64,000 nt of DNA from an uncultured Bacilli bacterium (GTDB lineage Bacteria; Bacillota_I; Bacilli_A; RF39; UBA660): contig CANQHE010000002.1 of assembly GCA_947623735.1 (NCBI GenBank), positions 2,611 through 66,610 of the forward strand, read 5' to 3'. The position numbers and the translations under genes were made by a program. How positions within the stretch are numbered: the first letter of the stretch is position 1; the number at the start of each line of letters is the position of its first letter. A model generated the notes under the pieces. The model was not told the DNA's origin. It worked only from the letters and a program-made list of their open reading frames with translations, and ran no database searches. Below, piece by piece: positions 49,074-58,773 of this stretch.

Positions 49074-49817
49074 TTATGTTTCAATAAACATAAACCGGTC
49101 ATAATTATTAAAGTCTTGATAAGTAGTAATAATTGCTTTAGGATATATTTTTAAAGCAATTTTTTTAATGGCTTCTTTTTGGGTAGCACCAATTTCAAAA
49201 ATAATACTTCCGTGCTCATTTAAAATATATCTAGAAATGGTAAGAATACGGTCATAAAATTCTAAGCCATCATTTTTAGCATATAAAGCAATTTGAGGCT
49301 CATATCTAGTTTCGGGACTGACTATTTCTGTTTCAGTAACATAAGGGGGATTAGAAATTAGACAATCATACTTTTTAGGGGGTATTTCATTTAAAATATC
49401 CAGCTTATAAAAATTAATTGAAGTATTATTTTCGTAAGCATTAGTTTTAGCAAGAGCAAGAGATGCTTCACTTACATCAAGAGCATCAATTAAAAGATTA
49501 GTGTTCTTTTTTAGAACAATCGCAATCGCCCCACTTCCCGTGCCAATATCAAGTAAGGTTTGATAGTTTTTAGTTTTTAAAAATTTAAGAGTTTTTTCAA
49601 TTAAAAGTTCGGTTTCAAAGCGTGGGATTAAAACATCCGCATTTACCTTAATTTTAGTATCGTAAAAATCAACATAACCAATTAAATATTGAACGGGGTA
49701 GTTTTCTTCTAATTTTTGATATACGTAACTGATGTTATCTTTGTAGATTTTTTGCAATAGCTCCAAATTTTTTTGACCAATTTTATTAATTAAGTTATTC
49801 AAAATTAACTCCCGCAA
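49074..49817 (-). CDS. prmC: Release factor glutamine N5-methyltransferase
   Basis: DIGTGSGAIA and the catalytic SNPPYV. Overlaps prfA as in the prfA-prmC operon. Confidence 0.88.
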   Translation of the reverse strand: MRELILNNLINKIGQKNLELLQKIYKDNISYVYQKLEENYPVQYLIGYVDFYDTKIKVNADVLIPRFETELLIEKTLKFLKTKNYQTLLDIGTGSGAIAIVLKKNTNLLIDALDVSEASLALAKTNAYENNTSINFYKLDILNEIPPKKYDCLISNPPYVTETEIVSPETRYEPQIALYAKNDGLEFYDRILTISRYILNEHGSIIFEIGATQKEAIKKIALKIYPKAIITTYQDFNNYDRFMFIET

Positions 49818-50859
49818 GTTTAAGACGCATATCTTCCGTGATTAAAGCTTCAATAATAGGGTCTAATTCCCCATCCATAACGCGGTCTAAACTCATGATA
49901 GAAAAATTAATCCGATGGTCAGTAACACGATTTTGAGGATAGTTATAGGTACGGATTTTTTCACTTCGGTCACCAGTACCAATTTTATTTTTTCTGGTAG
50001 CTCCGAGTTTTTGTTCTTCCGCACTTCGCATGGCTTCGTTTATTTTAATTTTAAGTAAGTTCATCGCGCGGTCGCGATTTTTAAGTTGGCTACGTTCAGT
50101 TTGACAAGTAACAACAACACCGGTCGGAATATGAGTTAGACGAACCGCGGAGTTAGAAGTATTAACTGATTGCCCACCGGCACCACTGGAATGATAAACA
50201 TCCATTTTGATATCACTTTCTTTTACTTCAATGTTTGAGGTTTCAACTTCCGGCATAACTAAAACAGTCGCGGTAGAAGTATGAACACGTCCTTGAGTTT
50301 CAGTTACCGGAACTCTTTGAACGCGATGTGAACCACTTTCATATTTTAATTTTTTATAAACGTCATTACCTTTAATAATAATTTCTACTTGTGAATAACC
50401 ACCACTGGTGCCTTCAATAGAATGGATTTCTTCAATTTTCCAATTATTCTTTTCAGCATAATAAGTATACATCCGGTATAGGTCGCCCGCGAAAATATTG
50501 GCTTCATCTCCTCCGGCGGCTCCTCTTATTTCCATAATAACATTTTTACCATCGTATTCATCTTTGGGAATAAGTAATAATTCTAGTTCTTTAGTTAAAT
50601 TTTCAAGTTTGGTATTTAATTCTTCATATTCGAGTTTCGCCATATCTTTTAATTCGTCATCTTTCATGAGTTCTTTTGCTTCTTCAATATTTTTTAAAGT
50701 AGCATTATATTCATGATATTTATTAACGGTTTCTTCTAAATCACTCGCTTCTTTAGATAATTCTTTTATTTTATTAAAATCATTCATTACTTCAGGGTTT
50801 CTTAAGCTGGCTTGTAATTCATTATATTTTTCTTCGATAGCTTTTAATCGTTCAAACAT
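49795..50859 (-). CDS. prfA: Peptide chain release factor 1
   Basis: The PVT tripeptide region (RVPVTETQGRVHTS) and the GGQ motif SGAGGQSVN. Confidence 0.95.
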   Translation of the reverse strand: MFERLKAIEEKYNELQASLRNPEVMNDFNKIKELSKEASDLEETVNKYHEYNATLKNIEEAKELMKDDELKDMAKLEYEELNTKLENLTKELELLLIPKDEYDGKNVIMEIRGAAGGDEANIFAGDLYRMYTYYAEKNNWKIEEIHSIEGTSGGYSQVEIIIKGNDVYKKLKYESGSHRVQRVPVTETQGRVHTSTATVLVMPEVETSNIEVKESDIKMDVYHSSGAGGQSVNTSNSAVRLTHIPTGVVVTCQTERSQLKNRDRAMNLLKIKINEAMRSAEEQKLGATRKNKIGTGDRSEKIRTYNYPQNRVTDHRINFSIMSLDRVMDGELDPIIEALITEDMRLKLAGVNFE

Positions 50860-50917
50860 AGTAAAGCTCCTTTCTTTGTATTTATATTATATCAAAACAG
50901 TCTTAAAAAAACAAACA

Positions 50918-51364
50918 TTAACTGTTTGCTTCTTCATCATCGACATCAATAACGACAAAATCGTCTAAATCGTCATCAGGAATATCATCGTCACTATCAG
51001 CATCATAGAAGATATCTTCTTCATTTTCTTCATCTTCTAAATCAAGATTTTCGTCGTCTTCTTCACTTTGTAAGATACTTTCATCGTCTTCTTCATCATC
51101 AACGATTACTTTTGGGTTATGTAATTCTTTTAAATCCCAAGAACCATCTTCAAGCATTATAAATCTTTTATCAGTCGTTAGTAATTCAAAGAAGTCAGCG
51201 ATTCTATTTTCAAATTCAGCTTCATTTAAGTTTAGAGCATCACAGACTTTTTGAAATAAAACATTTATTTTCATTTTAGTTTTTTCTTCATTTAAAATTA
51301 TATAAGCAATATCATCATAATTCATTGTTTCTAGCTCTTCTTTTGATATATCATTTAATTTCAT
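50918..51364 (-). CDS. rpoE: RNA polymerase delta subunit
   Basis: N-terminal HARE-HTH-like domain (MNYDDIAYIIL...FFELLTTDKRF) and a long poly-acidic C-tail. Confidence 0.85.
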   Translation of the reverse strand: MKLNDISKEELETMNYDDIAYIILNEEKTKMKINVLFQKVCDALNLNEAEFENRIADFFELLTTDKRFIMLEDGSWDLKELHNPKVIVDDEEDDESILQSEEDDENLDLEDEENEEDIFYDADSDDDIPDDDLDDFVVIDVDDEEANS

Positions 51365-51478
51365 AAAAATAATCTCCTTTTATTGCTAAAACATTATATG
51401 TTAGATGGTTAGATTTGTCAACTGTATTTCTAACTTTTGTAATTGTAATATTAAAATATATATTTGTCAATTATATTA

Positions 51479-53221
51479 TTACATTTTTTCAGGAATATTT
51501 ATACCTAAGATGTTTAATAGTTTACAGTTATTATCGTAAATGATTTTAGTTAGAGTTAATCTTGAGGTTTGGATTTCTTTATTTTCTTCAGTTAAGATAT
51601 GATTATCGGCATAAAAATTGTTGTAGTAACTAGTTATTTTATATAAGTATTCACATATTTCATTTAAAGAACAATTTTCATAACTACGTTTAATTATCCG
51701 TTTTAAATCGAGCATTGCTAATATTATTTTACGTTCAATATCGGTGTTGATAGTGGTTAGATTATATTCTTTAATATTTAATTCTTGACTTTTATTTAAA
51801 AGAGACTTCATACGGATAGTAGAATATAATAAATAAGTACCAGTTTTACCATTTAAGTCTGTAAATTTTTCAATATCAAAGTTATAATCAGTAGTTCTAT
51901 AGGGAAGAAGGTCAGCATATTTAATCGCCGCGATAGCAATGTCTTTAGCAATTTTTTCCCTATTTTCAGTGATGTTTTCATTTAATCTTTTTAAACATTC
52001 TTGGGTTACCATGGAAACTAAATTTTTAAGAGGCATAGTGCCACCATCTCTAGTTTTAAATGGTTTACCATCGGGACCATTCATAGTGCCAAAACCATTA
52101 AACACAAGTTTTAAATCCGGGTTGGTAATGCCACTTTTGGTAGATGCGCGAAATACTTGGGTAAAATGAAGAACTTGTCTTTTGTCAGTCATATACCATA
52201 TTTCATCAGGATTATATTTATGAGTTCGCTCCCATAATGCGGCTAAATCTGTTGCTTCATAAGATACCGCCCCATTACTTTTAACGAGAATTAGAGGAGG
52301 TATTTCAATTTTATCATTTTCTTCTCTTACCGTGATTACTTTGGCACCTTCGCTTTCTTCAATTATATTTTTAGAGTAAAGGTAATCAAACATTTCGTCC
52401 ATATATTGAAAGTTATCGCTTTCGCCTTCCCACAGGTCAAAAGAAACATTTAAATCTTCATATATTTCTTTTATTTCTTTTAAGCTTGCTTCAACAATTT
52501 TTTGCCATAAAGCATAATAGCCTGGATGCTTATTTTGAAGTTCATAATTGATTTGGCGAGCTTCTTCCATGATTTTTGCATCTTCTTTAGCTTTAGTAGT
52601 AGCAATGGGGTATAACTCTAATAAATCGTCATTGGTGAGATTAAAAGCGACTTCTTCCCCATGATAGTTATCTTTAAAATATGGTAAATCAGGATATCTC
52701 GTTTTAATTTCTAAAATAACCATGCCCATAGGGCGACCCCAATCTCCTAGATGAACATCAGAAATAGTAGTACATCCAATCGTCTCGCATAATCTTTTTA
52801 AAGCTTCACCAATATTCGCGGAACGAAGGTGGCCAACATGAAGAATTTTAGCAACATTTGGACCTCCATAATCTAAAAAGATAGTTTTGTTAATATCTTG
52901 ATTATAATTAATATTAATATCTTTATTACTTTCATTCATGAAATCAATTAAAAAGGCATCACTAAATTTTAAGTTGATAAAACCGGGACCAGCAACATTT
53001 GATTCAGAAATTTCCGGATATTCATTTATTAAACTTACTAAAGAATTTGCAAGTTCAATAGGGTTTTGTTGGTATTTTTTAGCAAGAGGCATAATGCCAT
53101 TATACTGGTAATCGCCAAGTTCCGGACGACTTGAAGGATTAATCGTTACACTTGGGGTATCATAACCTAAAGATGCAAGACTTTCTTTTATTTTATTTTC
53201 AAGATATGCTATTTTATACAT
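51479..53221 (-). CDS. argS: Arginine--tRNA ligase
   Basis: GGPNVAKILHVGHLRS (HIGH-type), the anticodon-binding C-domain, and the terminal IPEKM. Start set at ATG 53221 (SD GGAGAGGAAG) rather than TTG 53239. Confidence 0.93.
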   Translation of the reverse strand: MYKIAYLENKIKESLASLGYDTPSVTINPSSRPELGDYQYNGIMPLAKKYQQNPIELANSLVSLINEYPEISESNVAGPGFINLKFSDAFLIDFMNESNKDININYNQDINKTIFLDYGGPNVAKILHVGHLRSANIGEALKRLCETIGCTTISDVHLGDWGRPMGMVILEIKTRYPDLPYFKDNYHGEEVAFNLTNDDLLELYPIATTKAKEDAKIMEEARQINYELQNKHPGYYALWQKIVEASLKEIKEIYEDLNVSFDLWEGESDNFQYMDEMFDYLYSKNIIEESEGAKVITVREENDKIEIPPLILVKSNGAVSYEATDLAALWERTHKYNPDEIWYMTDKRQVLHFTQVFRASTKSGITNPDLKLVFNGFGTMNGPDGKPFKTRDGGTMPLKNLVSMVTQECLKRLNENITENREKIAKDIAIAAIKYADLLPYRTTDYNFDIEKFTDLNGKTGTYLLYSTIRMKSLLNKSQELNIKEYNLTTINTDIERKIILAMLDLKRIIKRSYENCSLNEICEYLYKITSYYNNFYADNHILTEENKEIQTSRLTLTKIIYDNNCKLLNILGINIPEKM

Positions 53222-53579
53222 CGTATACTTCCTCTCCAATTGTTATATTTAAAGTTAAGGGTTCTTCTTGACTTATTAATTTGTAGGTAAGTTCAATATT
53301 ATTATTGCAATAATTGTAATTTATATAATCTAAGGGAATAGTTAGAGTGTTATTTAATTCTTTTAGAGTTAAAGAAGCACTATCGGTTGTTAATATGAAT
53401 ATAGATTCATTATTTTCTTTCGTAAATTTAAAATTTTTGGTGTTTATTTTTAAAAAGTCATTATCGGTATGAAAAGTAAGAATGTTATCTTCATATTTAC
53501 CAGTAGTCGTAAGACCACTTAAAAGATTGTTGTTTTCATAGGTGTTAAGTGTGATGTTATAATACATATTATCCCTCAT
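53214..53579 (-). CDS. DUF1934 (YwiB-like) beta-barrel protein
   Basis: Small protein directly upstream of and overlapping argS, the arrangement typical of DUF1934 in Firmicutes. Alternative start at ATG 53567. Confidence 0.6.
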   Translation of the reverse strand: MRDNMYYNITLNTYENNNLLSGLTTTGKYEDNILTFHTDNDFLKINTKNFKFTKENNESIFILTTDSASLTLKELNNTLTIPLDYINYNYCNNNIELTYKLISQEEPLTLNITIGEEVYDV

Positions 53580-53590
53580 TTACAAGTTAA

Positions 53591-53619
53591 ATTATACTAA
53601 ATATATAAATTATTTACAA
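53591..53619 (-). promoter_or_regulatory. Sigma-A promoter of the DUF1934-argS operon
   Basis: Minus strand: TTGTAA (53619-53614), a 17-nt spacer, TATAAT (53596-53591), preceded by a T-tract. Confidence 0.5.
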
Positions 53620-53725
53620 GAAAAAAAGAATTATTAGTTTTTAATTTAGATGATTTAAGTTTTTTAAATAGTTGATACTTATATTTTTAGTTTTTTTCTC
53701 CATATTAAATATTGGGTGGTAGACT

Positions 53726-55678
53726 TTGAAAGTATTAAGATTTGTAATTAAGTCAGGAATATTTTTATTTGTATCATTTATTATTGTAATTATGGGTTTA
53801 TATACTTATGCTTTTTTAAGCCCTAAATTAGAACTTAGAACCGCGGGACAGTATCATATATATGATAATAAAGATGAACTTTTATATCAAGGGTCTAGTA
53901 CTAGTTCTTGGGTTTCTTTAGATGATATTAATTATAATTTAATAAATGCGGTAATTAGTGTGGAAGATAAAAATTTTTATAATCATCATGGGTTTGATTA
54001 TTTAAGAATTGCAAAAGCAATGTATCTTAATATTAAAAATAAGAAAATAACTCAGGGGGCATCGACGATTTCCCAACAGTATGTAAAAAATATCTATTTA
54101 GATTTTGATTCAACGTGGGAAAGAAAGATAGAAGAGGCTTTTCTTACTTTAGAACTTGAAGTGCATTATTCTAAAGATGAAATATTAGAGGGGTATTTAA
54201 ATACTATTAATTATGGTCAGGGTAATTATGGAATTGCCAATGCGAGTAGATATTATTTTAATAAAGAACCAATTGATTTAACACTTGAAGAATCCTTAAT
54301 TCTAGCGGGTATTCCTAATAGTCCGGGATATTTTAATCCGGTTGCCGATTATGATGTTTCAATTAAAAGAGCCAAGATGGTTGGACAAAGTATGGTTAAT
54401 AATGGCTATTTGAAGCAAGAAGAATTAGATAAGCTATTTAAAAAAGAAATTCCGATTTATGGGAAGGCGCATGAAGAAAATTTGGATATGCTCATGTATT
54501 ATCAAGATGCGGTATTACAGGAACTTAGAAATATTAAAACTATTCCTGATACGCTAATTCAGTCGGGAGGACTTAAAATATATACTTATTTAGATGTTGA
54601 TGCTCAGGAAATACTGGAGAAAAATACTTTGAAATATTTGGAAAATGATGAACTAGAAACCGCAAGTGTTGTTATTGACCCCAAAACTGGAGGAGTTATT
54701 GCTCTTACAGGGGGAGCAAATTATGCGAAAAGTCAGTATAATAGGGCAACACAAGCGGTAAGACAAGTAGGTTCAACAATGAAACCATTTTTGTATTATG
54801 GAGCACTGGAAGAAGGAATGACTTCAGCATCAACTTTTAATAGTCAATATACAACTTTTTCTTTGAGTAATGGTTCGGTTTATTCACCTAAAAATTATGG
54901 TTCAGTATATGCTAATAAGCCAATTACCATGGCGGAAGCTATCGCGGTTTCAGATAATGTGTATGCGGTTAAAACGAATATGTTTTTAGGACCGGAAAAA
55001 CTAGTAGAGACAGCGAAAAGAGTAGGAATGAAGGCGGAACTAACAGCAATACCTTCTTTAGCCTTAGGAACAGGGGAAATATCAGTTTTAGATTTAGCAA
55101 GAGGTTATAATACCTTTGCAACCGGTGGGTATAAAGAGGATATTGGTTTAATTAGACGAGTTGAAGATAAAGAGGGGAATGTTTTATATGAAAAGGACGA
55201 TAAAAAAGATCTAGTTTTAAATGAGAATTATACCTATATTTTAAATGAAATGCTTACAAGTTCTGTGAATAGTCAGTATATGGATTATGCTTATCCAACA
55301 GCTTTAGTGATTGCTTCGAAGTTGTCAAGAAAGTATGCGATAAAAACAGGAACAACGGATGCGGATTTTTGGACAGTTGGTTATAATCCTGATATTTTAA
55401 TGGTATCTTGGGTTGGTTATGATGATAATCGAGATATTGAAGCTCAATATTCAGGAATAACTAAGCAAATATGGGCGGATACAGTTGAAGAGATATTGAA
55501 GGAAAAAGAGGCTAGTTGGTATGAAACACCAAGTAATGTAGTAGGTGTGGTTTTGGATGCGGCGAGTGGAAAGCCCACGAATGATACTAGTAAGGCAACT
55601 TTGTTTTATTTTGTTAAGGGAACAGAAAATTTAGTTAGTGATGTAGAGACAGTATTTAAGGAAGAACAAGAAGAATAA
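53726..55678 (+). CDS. Class A penicillin-binding protein (glycosyltransferase 51 plus transpeptidase)
   Basis: N-terminal TM helix, GT51 motifs EDKNFYNHHGFD and GASTISQQ, and the transpeptidase motifs STMKP and KTGTT. Confidence 0.9.
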   Translation: MKVLRFVIKSGIFLFVSFIIVIMGLYTYAFLSPKLELRTAGQYHIYDNKDELLYQGSSTSSWVSLDDINYNLINAVISVEDKNFYNHHGFDYLRIAKAMYLNIKNKKITQGASTISQQYVKNIYLDFDSTWERKIEEAFLTLELEVHYSKDEILEGYLNTINYGQGNYGIANASRYYFNKEPIDLTLEESLILAGIPNSPGYFNPVADYDVSIKRAKMVGQSMVNNGYLKQEELDKLFKKEIPIYGKAHEENLDMLMYYQDAVLQELRNIKTIPDTLIQSGGLKIYTYLDVDAQEILEKNTLKYLENDELETASVVIDPKTGGVIALTGGANYAKSQYNRATQAVRQVGSTMKPFLYYGALEEGMTSASTFNSQYTTFSLSNGSVYSPKNYGSVYANKPITMAEAIAVSDNVYAVKTNMFLGPEKLVETAKRVGMKAELTAIPSLALGTGEISVLDLARGYNTFATGGYKEDIGLIRRVEDKEGNVLYEKDDKKDLVLNENYTYILNEMLTSSVNSQYMDYAYPTALVIASKLSRKYAIKTGTTDADFWTVGYNPDILMVSWVGYDDNRDIEAQYSGITKQIWADTVEEILKEKEASWYETPSNVVGVVLDAASGKPTNDTSKATLFYFVKGTENLVSDVETVFKEEQEE

Positions 55679-55744
55679 AAAATTTGTAAAGTAAGTCCTT
55701 CTTATGGTAATATAGAGATATACCAAAAGGAAGGATTTTTTTAA

Positions 55745-56203
55745 ATGACTAAAAAGTTTAATTATGAGTTAAATACTGACAGATTAAAACAAGTAAGAAT
55801 AAGTAAAGGAATAAGTCAAAAAGATATGGCGAGTCATTTGGGTTTAAAAGCTTCTAATTTGTCGAAGTATGAAAATTTAAAAGAAACTATTCCGATTGAA
55901 AATTTTAATAATATATGCAATTATTTAGAAATATCTTTTGATTATGCTTTAAGACTAGAAAATACTAATACTTTTAATGGAAATAAGAGTCTTTTAGATA
56001 AAAATTTAGTGGGTAGAAGGCTTAAAGAAATACGAAATAATAATAATTTATATCAAGAGACACTGGCGATGGATGTTGGGACTTCGAAGTCTTTAATAAG
56101 TGAATATGAGCATGGAAAGAAATTGGTTTCTTTAAATTATGGGTATGCGATATGTAAAAAGTATAAAGTTTCGATGGATTATTTATATGGAAAAAAGGAA
56201 TAA
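55745..56203 (+). CDS. Tandem-HTH XRE-family regulator (paralog of 44816-45262)
   Basis: Two HTH_3 modules (ISQKDMASHLGLKASNLSKYEN; LYQETLAMDVGTSKSLISEYEHG) with the same architecture and length as the 44816 gene. Confidence 0.8.
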   Translation: MTKKFNYELNTDRLKQVRISKGISQKDMASHLGLKASNLSKYENLKETIPIENFNNICNYLEISFDYALRLENTNTFNGNKSLLDKNLVGRRLKEIRNNNNLYQETLAMDVGTSKSLISEYEHGKKLVSLNYGYAICKKYKVSMDYLYGKKE

Positions 56204-56207
56204 AAAA

Positions 56208-56237
56208 GTTAGTAACTTGGTAATTACTAACAGATTT
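56208..56237. terminator. Hairpin between convergent genes (XRE / gpmI)
   Basis: GTTAGTAA (56208-56215) pairs with TTACTAAC (56224-56231), with T/A-rich flanks. Confidence 0.5.
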
Positions 56238-57731
56238 TTAAATGATTAAGCTTGGAGTGTTTGCCATTTCTTCAGGTAGAGCAATATCCATGTATTCTAA
56301 AATGGTGGGGGCAACATTAGTTAAGTCACCACTTTTTTTGAGGTTTATTGTCGGGTCGGTTATGATAAAAGGTACTTTACTGGTGGTATGTGTAGTTACA
56401 GGATTATTGAATTCGTCTAACATGATATCGGCATTGCCATGGTCGGCTAGAATAACCATTGTGTAAAAATTATCTTTTGCAACTTCATATAATCTTCCAA
56501 GACATATATCAACAGTAGCACAGGCTTTCATGGTCGCTTCTAGATTACCAGTATGACCAACCATGTCGGGATTAGCAAAATTAATAAAGATAAAATCAGT
56601 GTCTTTTTCCATCGCGGAAATAGTTTTTTTAGTTATATCAGTAGCGCTCATTTCGGGCATTTTATCATAGGTTTCAACTTTAGGAGAAGGAATTAAGATT
56701 TTATCACATTTTTCAATTTTACCATTATACATTCCATCAAAGAAATAAGTTACATGGGCATATTTTTCAGTTTCGGCAATACGGGCTTGAGTAAGGCCTA
56801 AAGTACTTAAGTATCTTCCGAGAGGATTAGTAACATTGATATCTTCTAAAAAGTTTAGAGTAGGGATATCTTTATCTAGAGGGAAGAAAGAATAGACTTT
56901 TAAATCATTATATTTAGTCACAGGAAATTCCTCAAAATCCGTAGTGAATGTTCTTATAATTTGTTTACCGCGGTCACTTCTAAAGTTCATCCATAAGATA
57001 ATATCACCATCTTTTATTGTACCATTTTCATTAATGATTAGGGGATAGATAAATTCGTCAGTGACATTTTTTTTGTAGAGACTTAAAAGACCATCAGTCG
57101 CGGTTTTAGCTTTCATACCAATACCTTTAGTTATGAGGTCATAATACATTTTAGTACGGTCATAATTGGTATCTCTATCCATCGCATAATAACGGCCACA
57201 TAAACTAGAAATATCGGCATTTTCATCATCTTTTAGCCTTTCTTCTAAATCTTTGATAAAGTTTATACCCGCGTTTACTTTGGTATCTCTACCATCGGTT
57301 ATTAAGTGAAAATGAATATTTTTAGCTTTATTTTCTTTTAAAATATTATATACTGTTAAGAAATGTTCAAGATTAGAGTGAACTTTACCATCACTATATA
57401 AACCTATGATATGGACAGTTTTGGTTTGAGCCTCAGTAATAAAATCATTAAATAAAGTATTATCAGTGTTTATTTGTTTTAAAAATTCACTAATCCTTGG
57501 GCCATGTTGTTTAATTAATCTTCCGGCACCAATTGTCATGTGTCCAATTTCACTATTGCCGAATTCTCCAGGATTTAAGCCAACATATTCTTCGGAAGCA
57601 TATAAAGTAGAATGAGGGAAAGTATCCCAAAGACGGTCAAAGTTTTTAGTATCAGATAGTTTGATAGCATTCCCGTATTCTTCTTCACGATAACCAAAAC
57701 CATCTAAAATAACTGTTAAGATTTTTCGCAT
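56238..57731 (-). CDS. gpmI: 2,3-bisphosphoglycerate-independent phosphoglycerate mutase
   Basis: ILDGFGYRE, GNSEIGHMTIGAGR and ADHGNAD motifs. Confidence 0.93.
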   Translation of the reverse strand: MRKILTVILDGFGYREEEYGNAIKLSDTKNFDRLWDTFPHSTLYASEEYVGLNPGEFGNSEIGHMTIGAGRLIKQHGPRISEFLKQINTDNTLFNDFITEAQTKTVHIIGLYSDGKVHSNLEHFLTVYNILKENKAKNIHFHLITDGRDTKVNAGINFIKDLEERLKDDENADISSLCGRYYAMDRDTNYDRTKMYYDLITKGIGMKAKTATDGLLSLYKKNVTDEFIYPLIINENGTIKDGDIILWMNFRSDRGKQIIRTFTTDFEEFPVTKYNDLKVYSFFPLDKDIPTLNFLEDINVTNPLGRYLSTLGLTQARIAETEKYAHVTYFFDGMYNGKIEKCDKILIPSPKVETYDKMPEMSATDITKKTISAMEKDTDFIFINFANPDMVGHTGNLEATMKACATVDICLGRLYEVAKDNFYTMVILADHGNADIMLDEFNNPVTTHTTSKVPFIITDPTINLKKSGDLTNVAPTILEYMDIALPEEMANTPSLII

Positions 57732-57823
57732 AAGCTCACCTTCTTAATAATATAATGATATCATATTTTTTTAGAAAATACAAACATCCTAGGGTAAGTA
57801 TAAAAACTTGGGTTATAAAAATA

Positions 57824-57850
57824 ATAAAAAAAGCCAAAGAATAAGGCTTT
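57824..57850 (-). terminator. Intrinsic terminator of spo0A
   Basis: Minus strand: AAAGCC-ttattcttt-GGCTTT followed by T7. The stem starts at the spo0A stop codon. Confidence 0.7.
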
Positions 57851-58622
57851 AGATATGTAATAGTTTTTTATCAAAACGAAGTCTATCAGCGATGGTAGCA
57901 ATAAATTCCGAATTAGTTGGTTTAGCCCGGTCAAAAGCAACACTGTTACCAAATATTTCTTCCATTAAATCATAATCGCCTCTAGTCCAACTAACTTCAA
58001 TCGCGTGTCTGATAGCTCTTTCAACCCTAGATGCTGTAGTTGAGAAACGAAGAGCAACTTCGGGATATATTTCTTTGGTAATGCCACTGTAGGAATCACT
58101 GTTGGTATAGAATAAGAAGACACTTTCTCTTATGTAGGCATAACCTTTAATGTGACTTGGTATTCCTAATTGATGTAATAATTTACTTATTGCGACATGA
58201 ACTTCGCGTTCATTTTCATTTAATTCCGATTTTTTAATTAGTTCATTGTTTGCTATTTCTAAAATTCTAGTTTCTAAGGCTAGCATACTAAAGGGTTTTA
58301 ACATATAATAGCTAACACCAAAGTTATTAGTCATATTAACCGTATATTCTTTTTTATAACTGGTTATAACGATGACTTTTTTCTTTATATTTTGTTCTTT
58401 CATCTTACTTAAGATAGTTAAGCCATCTACTCCTGGTAAGATTAAGTCCATAATGAGACAGTCGAACTCGTTTTTAGATTTAAGTATGTAATCTAAAGCT
58501 TCCTCGCCATTATTTAATGTTTTTACTACTTTGATTACTGCGTGACTACTAAATTGTTCTTTGATTTTAGAAGTGATTTTTTCATTATTATCAACGACTA
58601 AAACTCTTATTTCGTTTTCCAT
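57849..58622 (-). CDS. spo0A: Sporulation master regulator Spo0A
   Basis: Receiver domain (VLVVDNN...DCLIMDLILPGVDG), then the Spo0A-specific C-domain (HQLGIPSHIKGYAYIRE...TKEIYPEVA...TASRVERAIRHAIEVSWTRG). Confidence 0.93.
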   Translation of the reverse strand: MENEIRVLVVDNNEKITSKIKEQFSSHAVIKVVKTLNNGEEALDYILKSKNEFDCLIMDLILPGVDGLTILSKMKEQNIKKKVIVITSYKKEYTVNMTNNFGVSYYMLKPFSMLALETRILEIANNELIKKSELNENEREVHVAISKLLHQLGIPSHIKGYAYIRESVFLFYTNSDSYSGITKEIYPEVALRFSTTASRVERAIRHAIEVSWTRGDYDLMEEIFGNSVAFDRAKPTNSEFIATIADRLRFDKKLLHI

Positions 58623-58706
58623 TTTTTTCTCCTTACATTTAGTTATTTATTTACTACACGCAAGAATATTGTAGCATATACAATGTATATTATCAAGTAA
58701 ATCTTT

Positions 58707-58763
58707 TGACAAGTTTTGTCTAGTTTTGTCTAGTTGTGACGAATTTTGTCGAAAAAAGGCGAG
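58707..58763 (+). promoter_or_regulatory. Array of six 10-bp-phased 0A-box-like repeats upstream of spo0A
   Basis: TGACAAG (58707), TGTCTAG (58717), TGTCTAG (58727), TGACGAA (58737), TGTCGAA (58747) and AGGCGAG (58757). The boxes at 58737 and 58747 fit TGNCGAA exactly. Confidence 0.6.
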
Positions 58764-58773
58764 TTTTTCTTTT

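Noticed and set aside
51400-51470. TTTGTCAA motifs upstream of argS/rpoE that resemble 0A boxes.
   Set aside because: They read TGTCAAC/TGTCAAT and lack the CGAA half of TGNCGAA. They are not 10-bp phased.
53611-53627. 17-nt identity (TTTACAAGAAAAAAAGA) shared with 60733-60749, which looked like a dispersed repeat.
   Set aside because: On the minus strand both copies resolve to a T-tract plus a TTGTAA -35 hexamer, correctly spaced from TATAAT upstream of DUF1934-argS and pgk. This is ordinary promoter architecture.
57761-57952. 63-aa minus-strand ORF downstream of spo0A. Similar small ORFs occur at 31148-31369, 31278-31475, 26577-26801 and 28965-29171.
   Set aside because: They overlap terminators, promoters or neighbouring genes, lack SDs, and have AT-rich low-complexity translations.
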